Shown in pieces: positions 39,101 through 48,100 of a DNA stretch of 64,000 bases. How positions within the stretch are numbered: position 1 is the stretch's first letter; every line of letters starts with the position of its first letter. The notes under the pieces are model-generated. The model searched no databases. It was not told the origin of the DNA and saw only the letters and a list, made by a program, of their open reading frames with translations. The stretch is from the NCBI GenBank assembly GCA_965285935.1, contig OZ260661.1, forward strand, positions 63,612,001 to 63,676,000, in the 5' to 3' direction. A program made the position numbers and the translations under genes. The DNA is from Ophelia neglecta (taxonomy: Eukaryota).

Positions 39101-42100
39101 TGCTAAGCTGGTCTTGTGATTTATTATCCTGCAGCGTGTTACCCATAGTCTTCAAGCATTCAATGTTGATGCATGTTTGCATGAGCTGGAAAGGCTCCTA
39201 ACTGGGAGCTCTTATTACATGGAGGTATGAAAGTCACATTTGGTAATCTTGTGTGAGCACGGGCATGATTGTGATTCCTGACGTTCTTCTCATCTGAGTG
39301 TCACCCACTGCTAGCTGTTCTTCAATCAGATTTCATATATAACAGATGGTTTCCTTACTAACAAATCAAGTGCACGCAACTCTATGGTGGGACTGGAAAA
39401 TAAATTTACATGTTTTACATGTTGTATTTCACATGTTGGTTGATTGTGTTTGAAGATATTATGAAGAAGCAAATACATTACTGTAACAATTTCACTGGTT
39501 AATGGTTTTATTGTAGATGTGACATAAATACTATGATTAACCAAATTTTTTGTCCATTTCCTTGATAAAATCCCTATTCCTGAACTGTTCAAACTTCCAG
39601 CATTCAGCTGCATACTGAGTGCCAAGATTTAGTCATCTGACAGAGGACTGAATGGCTGATAATGTTGATGAAGTTCATTCCCTGTTTTGTACAGACAATA
39701 AGCCAGTACACTTGATATTCTGCATAGTACCGCAGTGTTCCACTAATTTCAGAACTCAACAGTGCCAATGCAAGAAGTTAATGATTTACTCCCAGGGCAG
39801 ATTGTTTGAGTCCACTGTTGTCATTACTAGACACCATTATCACTCACTCTCACAAATGTCTTGTTTGCACATTAAATGTTTCACCCTGGGAAATCCTTGC
39901 ACATGCCAACTTAACAATACATTCATCCATTCACTTTGTAAATGACAATCAGTTCACATTGTTATATCATGTTAGTAATAGTAAAATCAGACTATTTTCT
40001 TCTATTTAATCAAGTTTGGTTTATAGCTTAACAGTCAAATTATGTGTTGTTGGCTACACACTTTGATATCATTTTCTTTGTTGCTTGAACCATTGTAATG
40101 TTACTGTATGTCATATGTCAGTCATTATTGCTTTGTATTGACCATGTTATCCATTAACTTGAAAAACATATATATACTGACTTGTGCACACTTTTTTAGG
40201 CCAGCCAGAAAGACTTCAGTATGACTGAGCCCCTGTACAACAAGGTTCACGAGGCTGGCAAGCTGATCAAGCACAGCTCTGATCCTGCCGCCCGACAGCG
40301 CATACAAAAAGAACTGGACTCTCTGGACAAGCAGTGGGTGGCCTTGGTCGAGAAACTCAACCAAAGGAAACAACATCTGGAATCCATCCTCAACCAGTGG
40401 TCTCACACCGAGGACGAGATGGAGGAGGTCCTCAACTGGCTCAAGGACATCAGGAAGTCTCTGGTCAATGAGCTGCCAGACGGCTATGATGACTTGCAGA
40501 GAGAACTGCAACTGTGTACTGTAAGTCCAACACAAGTCTAGAATAAGTCATGTTATAATGTCTGCTTTTCAGTTATAAATACTGAAACTGTTAATCTACT
40601 GCATATTAACATTATTTTGTTAATGCATTAATGTGACTGCATTAATGAATCATATCAAATCTTTTATCATAGGAGTATGAGTCAGCATTTTATTCCTCTG
40701 AAGACAAGAGGAGCCAATTGGCGTCCCAGCAGCAGCAGCTGTCTACCAACGTCAGTGCCGAGGATGTCACCATCCTCCAACAACGTCTGCTACTACTCAA
40801 CAAACAGTGGCAAGAAATACAACACCAGGTGGCACTGAAAAAACAGCGTATTATTGACCGCCTTAATCGCTGGTCTGCGTTTAACGAGAAGTACAAGGAT
40901 CTGCTGGACAGCCTCTCTGACATGGAGGCCAAGGTGGACATAGGCAAGGAGTTCCACATTGAGGATGTCCTTAACAAAATACAGCATGTAAGTAGAGAAG
41001 TGTATAACAATATAGTATATAAACTGGTTATGTATGTACCCAGACTATGATTTATATGGCAGGTGTTTTATGGCTGATGTTTTGTTCCTTATTTCAGGAG
41101 TACAAAGATGAATTACACAAACTTGACACCGAGCGTGAAGCCTTGATTGGGCAGGGGCAGCGCCTGATGAGAGCGAGCAGCGATGTACGTGCAAATGATA
41201 TAGAGTTCAAGCTCTCTAAGCTCAACGACAAATGGCTACGCCTGCAGGACAAGATTTCATCCAGACATCGCAAGTTACAAGAAACCTTGCAAGCAGTGCA
41301 GCATCTGGAGAACAACATGAACAAACTCCGACAGTGGCTTGCCAGGATTGAACATCAGCTGGGGAGCCCAATAACCTATGATGAATCTGACTTCATGGAG
41401 ATTCAAAGGCAGCTAACACAACAACAGGATTTACAGAAAGACATTGAGAAGCACAGCACAGGAGTCGCATCAGTCAGCAATCTGTGTGAGGTACTCTTAC
41501 GAGATGCTGATGCCTGCCCGACTTCAGTGGAAACCAATGCCATTGAACATGCTCAGAACAGTTTGGACAAAAGATGGCGAAATATATGTGCCTTGTCCAC
41601 GGAGAGGAGAATGAAAATAGAGGAGACTTGGCGTCTCTGGCAGAGGTTCCATGATGACTACACCAGGTTCATTCACTTCCTTGATGATAGAGAGAAGAAA
41701 CTGACAGACCCCAAAACGGAGGGAGCTACCTTTGCTACCCTCAGAGATGAACTCAGAAAATATGAGGCAAGGATCACTTTTATTACCTCAATATTATTTA
41801 AAATACCTTGCTGCAAGGTACTTCACTGCAAGACTTATAATGTATGGAATTAAAAGTTCTGAGGTGCTTCCATCCTCCTTTTCCTTCAACTTCAACATTC
41901 TAGTGTTACATGAAATCTTTGTACTGTGACATTAGCTTCCAGGAATTCATTTATTATCAAGCTTTCACATTTCTTGTTTACTCTTTAAAGAATTATCAGA
42001 AGAAGCTCCACGAGAGCCTTGGAAACCTTGAGGAGCTTAACAAACAGTATCGCCATCTGGCCAGAGAGGGACGAACTGACTCCAAACAGAAGCTGAAGGG

Positions 42101-45100
42101 TGAGGTGGAGAAGGCAAATGAGAGATGGGACAGTCTCTCTGGTAGAACTGCTGCTGTCATTAGAAGACTGAGACACATGTTAAATGTGAAAGATGACTTT
42201 GATGCCACCAGAGAGGCATTACTTCACTGGGTCAAGGAGCTGGATGCCAGTATTCGCCAGAGAGGCTACAGAGATGAGGAGATCAGCCTGGTCATGGACA
42301 GCCTGCAGAAGACCCAGTCTGAACTGGAACAAAACCAGCACCGATTTGACTACATCAGCAAGGCTGGTAGCTACCTGATTCAGAAGTGTGAAGCCTCCGA
42401 TGCCGTCCAAATCCAACGAGATGTGGAGGATTTCCATACCAGTGTCCAAGGTCTTAATGATAGAATTGACAAATACAAAGAAAAGTTAGCTGAGAGAGCA
42501 GAAAGACAGGTAAACACCCTGCAGTGTGTGATTTAAGATATTTACTGCTATGTTCATACTACTTAAAGGATCACTGGACTTTTTCCTTCTTTTTTCCTCT
42601 AGATGCTTGATTTATATAAAATTGGTGTATGATAAAATATAGTTTATAATCATCTTTTATATGTAGACTTTTATAGATAGATTATCTCTTGTTAGCAGTA
42701 ATTATTCTCCTTTATAAAATCATTTTCCTGATTAAACTGAATATGTGTAGTGACTTTCCAATACTGACTTGATCAAACTATCAATAGAGTGCATACAAAA
42801 CTATCACAGGGTATGTGTCATGATGTAGTTTTATTTCCATGATTAAGCTGAACATCTGTAGTGATTTTCCAATGCTAACTTAAGAAAACTATCAATAGAG
42901 TTTGAGCAAAACCACCTGTAGGGTATGTGGCAATGAAGTAGTTTTATTGTTGGTAGACTTAGACATGTAAGTGCTTGGCCTGGTGCTTGATGACAATGAT
43001 GTTGGCTTTCAGACTTCTGACCTAGACTCTCCAGACTCGGAAGCCTTTAGTCCAGAGTATGAGGATGACTTGTCCGGTCTGGACAGTCCTGATCTGGACG
43101 ACGAGGATGTTCTCCTCAGCGCCATACCCCTAGTACTCCCTGTAAGTGTGTAAAATGAACTGTTACCAGATGGCTTGTCACTTCTACCTTACAGTCTTCG
43201 TGTTACAGTGGTGTTGGTTTTGCTGTGATTGGTGACAATATTGTTTTGTCTTCTTTTCAACTGTGCTACTCTTACTTTAAAACTCCTTATTTAATAAGCA
43301 AATCCAGCCACTTCAGTTATATGAAGTACATTGATATAAAATGTATCTTCACCTTGTAAATATATGTCTGTTTATTAATTCAGTGTTGCCTTCTGTTATA
43401 CTAAGCATATCATTGGAAGGCATGAACCATAGTCAGTCTTTTCAAACTAGTTGGTAAAGTACAAGTGTCTTTTTGAGTGAAAAAAGAGCTGTTAAAAGTA
43501 TCTTTAGGTGCCATGTTTCCAACAAATAGAATTAAATGTATGTGGGTTGGCATATTGTGGTAGTTGGGTCATAAACATCCCTTTGCAAAGTAAGAATGTA
43601 AAAAAGTGGTACAATTATAAGGATAGGAAACATGGTATTGGATTAAAACCAATTTATACCAAATTGGGAAGAATAATGTTAAATTATAGGCCATATATTT
43701 TGGAATGTGCAAAAGCAGACGACTGCTATTAAGCAGCATAGCTCTTAGAATTTGCAGTTGAAACGAGTCGGAACTGAACGATCTTTACATCACTCCCTGT
43801 AAATGATGAAAATTATCATTGAAAGTCAAGGATAATTCTCTTTACTTTCTTGAATTCATAAACAATGTCTTCAAACAAGAAATAATATTGTCTCTCTGAT
43901 TCATGAGGGGTGTTGTTTAAAAACCCATTTCATGTTTACCTGGGTGTTTCATGGCTTTATTTGAGAGCTACTAGTCGCTCATATCACTTCTCTACTACAC
44001 AGTTTTTAAAGACAAGCTATGGCATGCACAATATTCTTAATATCAACAAAAATATCAGTTGGTTCCTTACTCTTGAGTTGTTGTACACTGTTAATGTATT
44101 GAAGTCAAATAAGATATATGTCTATGTGCTATAGGTTGCTGATGATGAAGAGGAGGAGTATAGAAAGAAGTTGAGAAGGAAGAGGAGGGCAGACCTTTCA
44201 AGGAGAAGTCCGTACAATGGAGTCGAGAGTGCGCCAAGTCTGGCCTCCCTGAACTGGGAGGATGAAACCTCTGACCCCCTGGAGGGCAGTGAGAGGGAGG
44301 AGGGAGACAGCCCAGATGAGGAGGAGTTCTATACAGAGGGGTCAATAGATGATGTACCAGTCAGGGATGAACCTGGTAAGGAAGACCAGAATATTATCAA
44401 AGACAATTAAATCATGGCAGAAGACACATTTATGTTATTTCTATGTAAAAGACATAATATTGCTACTCTATAACAACGTATTAATGGCTTAAAAAGCTTT
44501 CAGCATATGGTTGCTATAAATTCAGTAGAAGTTCAGTAGGAGAGCAGATTTTTAGTTTAACCTGGAAGTAAAGTATTGGTAATACATACTGTATGTTGTG
44601 GAGTAAGATTTTGAAGAGTGAATTATCTTTCAGATGGTAAAGAGAGGTGGAGGAGGCACTTCCAAGAGACAATTGGTCTGAAGCAGGAAAAACTTTCCCG
44701 GGTGGAGGGCTACCTATCAAACTTAGAGAGCTCCATGAAGGACCTGACTGAACATATGGCAGAGACAGAACGATCGCTCCGCTGTACAACTCCAGTGGGC
44801 CCACAGGCCGAGGGAGCCCTTGTACAATACTCTCAACTTGTATCATCCTGCGAGGACAAAATTGATCAAATCAAATCCATTGAAAAACATCTAAAGAAAG
44901 AAACTGGCCTGTCTAATATCGGTGGTGCTGGCCGCCAGATTCATGGGGTGGTACATCGCTGGCAGGCATTGCAGACAAAAGCTATTGAGAAAGACTACAG
45001 GCTGCAACAGCGCAAGGACCAGTGGAAACAATTCAAGACTGATCTTCAAAAGATTTCTTTGTGGCTCGATGAGGCGGAGGCAATACAAGCGACACAGAAC

Positions 45101-48100
45101 ATGGTGCCTACTGATATCACAAGGCTTGAGACAGCCGTACGAAGACATAGGGTAAGTGTTAACATTATATTATGACAGAGACTTGTTTTGGCTGGATGTC
45201 CGGAGGGTGAAGAGGAGGAATTAATATATGTACTTTGCTTTTCATTTAATTTGTTTATTAAATGATATTATAAATAATTCTTTGGAGACTCTACAATAAA
45301 CCATGGTGATTGTAATTTTTCCCAGGAGTTCTTGCTACAAATAGAGAACCGTAAACCTGTGGTATTATCCATCAACCTGATGAGCAAAGAACTGCTATCA
45401 CAGCAAAGTCAAGAATCTCGTGAGCTCTGGGAGAGGCTGTCCCGAGTCAACCAGCGCTGGGATAGAACCTGTGCTCGCTCGTCTGTGTGGCAGAAAGAGT
45501 TACAGATTGCGCTCCTCCAATGTGGAGAGTTCCACAACACAGTACAAGATCTTCTGCTGTGGCTGGAATCAACTGAGGCGGAGGTCAGGAAGCTGGAACC
45601 CGTTGACTTCAGTGCTCCGCAGGAACTACTGCAGGCTAAATGCATCAAATTTAAGGCAAGCTAGCAAATAAATTGTCAATAAAGTCTGATATTCAGGTTT
45701 ATACTGCAAATTATTAATAATTATTAAGTAAGAAAAAAACCAAATTATATGCAATAATAAAATTTTTGACTGTTCTCTATTATTTTGTTCAAAGGATCTC
45801 AAGTACGACCTGGAGACAGCACAGCCTCGAGTGTTGGCACTGCACGACACGGCAAGCACACTACAGCTGAGCTCTGACTCGGAGGACACCCGACAAGCCA
45901 AAGAGAAGCTACAATACATTGCCAACCAGCTGAAGGCTCTGCTCAGAGTCTGTAGCACATACATCAACCGAATAGAGAACTCCACTGACGTGGACAGTGC
46001 CAGAGCAGAAGGGGCTGCTTCTGTAAGTACAAACCTTGTTCTGCCAGTTTTGAACTCTTTTATCTGCTCTAGATTGTAATTGAAGAGTGTGCATATATGA
46101 TGTAGAGTTACACTAATGTAGTTTAAGATGTTTATGTGATGTCTTTGTACACTAAGTCAGTTGCAAAGTCTATGTAGTCTGTGTAGTATGTTTTTGCGCC
46201 TCACCTTTTTCGAAGGAATCAATGAAATATAAAATGCCCCCTGTCCCATGCTGGGGCAGTCTTTGAAGTCACCTCAACTACCATTTTCAATGGCTATAAA
46301 TTGGCAACAACTAAGCCTACAGAAACCATTTTGCCATTTATTTTTTCACATTTCAGGTGATTTCCAATGTTTAGAAAACAAAAATTAACCTATTTATGCA
46401 ACCCTTAATAAATTTGGCTTCAGTTAATCCCAGTCACTTACTTATTCAACTTACTCTTGGAAATTATGAGGTTAACAGATATATTCACTGTCCATTTTCC
46501 CTATAGCATGCAAGCGTTTCGAATTACCTTGTATCTAATTTAGATGGCAATTGAGTGGTGAGTGGGAATGCATGGAAAGTCACAAGGATGTGAATGGGAA
46601 AGTTGGGAATGAATAGTAAAGCAAATAAGGGGAATGGTTGGAAAGAGAGGATAAGGGAACTCACTGCACAGAACTGCATCTTGCTGGGCACAAATCTCAT
46701 GGGTGTCTTGGTATTTTCATTTGACATTGAATGATTCCTTGCAGGTATCCCGAGTAAGTCTTGATGGCAGTGAAGGATACCAGTCCCTGAGATCTATATC
46801 TGGGTCTAGAGTGTCTACACCCCGCTCACCCTACTTAAAGTCTCGGCCAGTAAGTCTTCTTGTACTACTTATTTCTTCATTGTCACATTCTCATCTCACA
46901 ATCAACTCAACTGTAAATATGTACATATCACTATATGTTTAATGTTAATAAAGATATGTTCATCTTTCGTACATTAATTTTCACCTTAGTATGGAATAAA
47001 TGTAATTCTATCACTTGACTTAATTGTGTGATGTACTCACCCTTCAGTGCACCTTAATTATTAACTAAATTAGACATTCACTGACATGACATTCACCATT
47101 ATCCCGGTGAAACAGCATAGGAAATTGACTTTTACTGGGAGCCACAGACGGAATAGTTATTTTCATTTTGTTAGTTGGTGGTATTGTAAACCAGTGGTAT
47201 ATGATGTTGATTGTTTTCCACCCATATGGACCTGCAGTATGTAGATTTGAGAGAGATGTAGAGATATGTCTGCCATGTGAGACAGTGTCACAGATATATT
47301 TGGTGTGTTTTAGAGTGTTGCTTCATAGTTTTCTGTGTGACTTTTCATACAGTTCCACTGTTAAACTAGGCTTCAACTCTCCGAGTCTACTGAGATTGTC
47401 ACTTAAGCTTTCATCATTCTTTTGCTTCCAAATTCCCTGTCAAATAAAAATTAATAGAAAAACACTAAATATTGGTTAATTCGTATGGTACAACATAACT
47501 CACTTCCAGAGTATTTGTAGAAGTTTCAGTGATGAAAAAGTGCTTTGTAAATGTTGACTTCATTTTTGTCTTTTACCATTTATTTCAATTGATTTTACTC
47601 CAAGGGATGATAACTCTAAAATTATATAGATGTTTAGAAATACCCGGTACACTGAATAGTATTTTTAAACTTTGTTCACAAGATTTCTATATAGATGTTT
47701 TACTGTTGGTATTAGAACAGACTTATTGGGAGGAAAATCTTTTTATAATTCAGAAAGCTGGGTGTGTAACTGAAGACTCCATTCTTATATATTAAGTGTT
47801 TTAAAAATTAATTTTATATTTTTTACAAAAGCTTTTGGGCCAAACTTTTGCTGTTAGGCTGTAAGTTTGTAATTAGTTGGTTTTCAGAGTGAGAAAAATA
47901 TCAGTGAGAAAGTTGATGATAGGTAAAAATTAGAAAAGACTCCTGCTATGTCTCCCATGCATAAACAGATTAACCTACCAGCAGGTCTTAGAAATGATAT
48001 AATACCCCTGGACTCCCTGTTTGGTATAGGAAGACATGCCCAAGGAAGGCAGCTCTTTCTTTACCTTTCCTGTAAGCTTACAATGAAGCCAAAATGTTAA

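Noticed and set aside
21001-46094. Numerous 60-135 aa minus-strand ORFs overlapping nesprin exons
   Set aside because: Antisense shadows of Leu/Glu/Gln-rich spectrin codons; they end near exon edges.
47353-47479. Acceptor catacag at 47352 giving FHC* (phase 0) or STVKLGFNSP... (phase 2), with AATAAA at 47443
   Set aside because: Possible minor terminal exon, but there is no strong donor or other evidence to separate it from chance.
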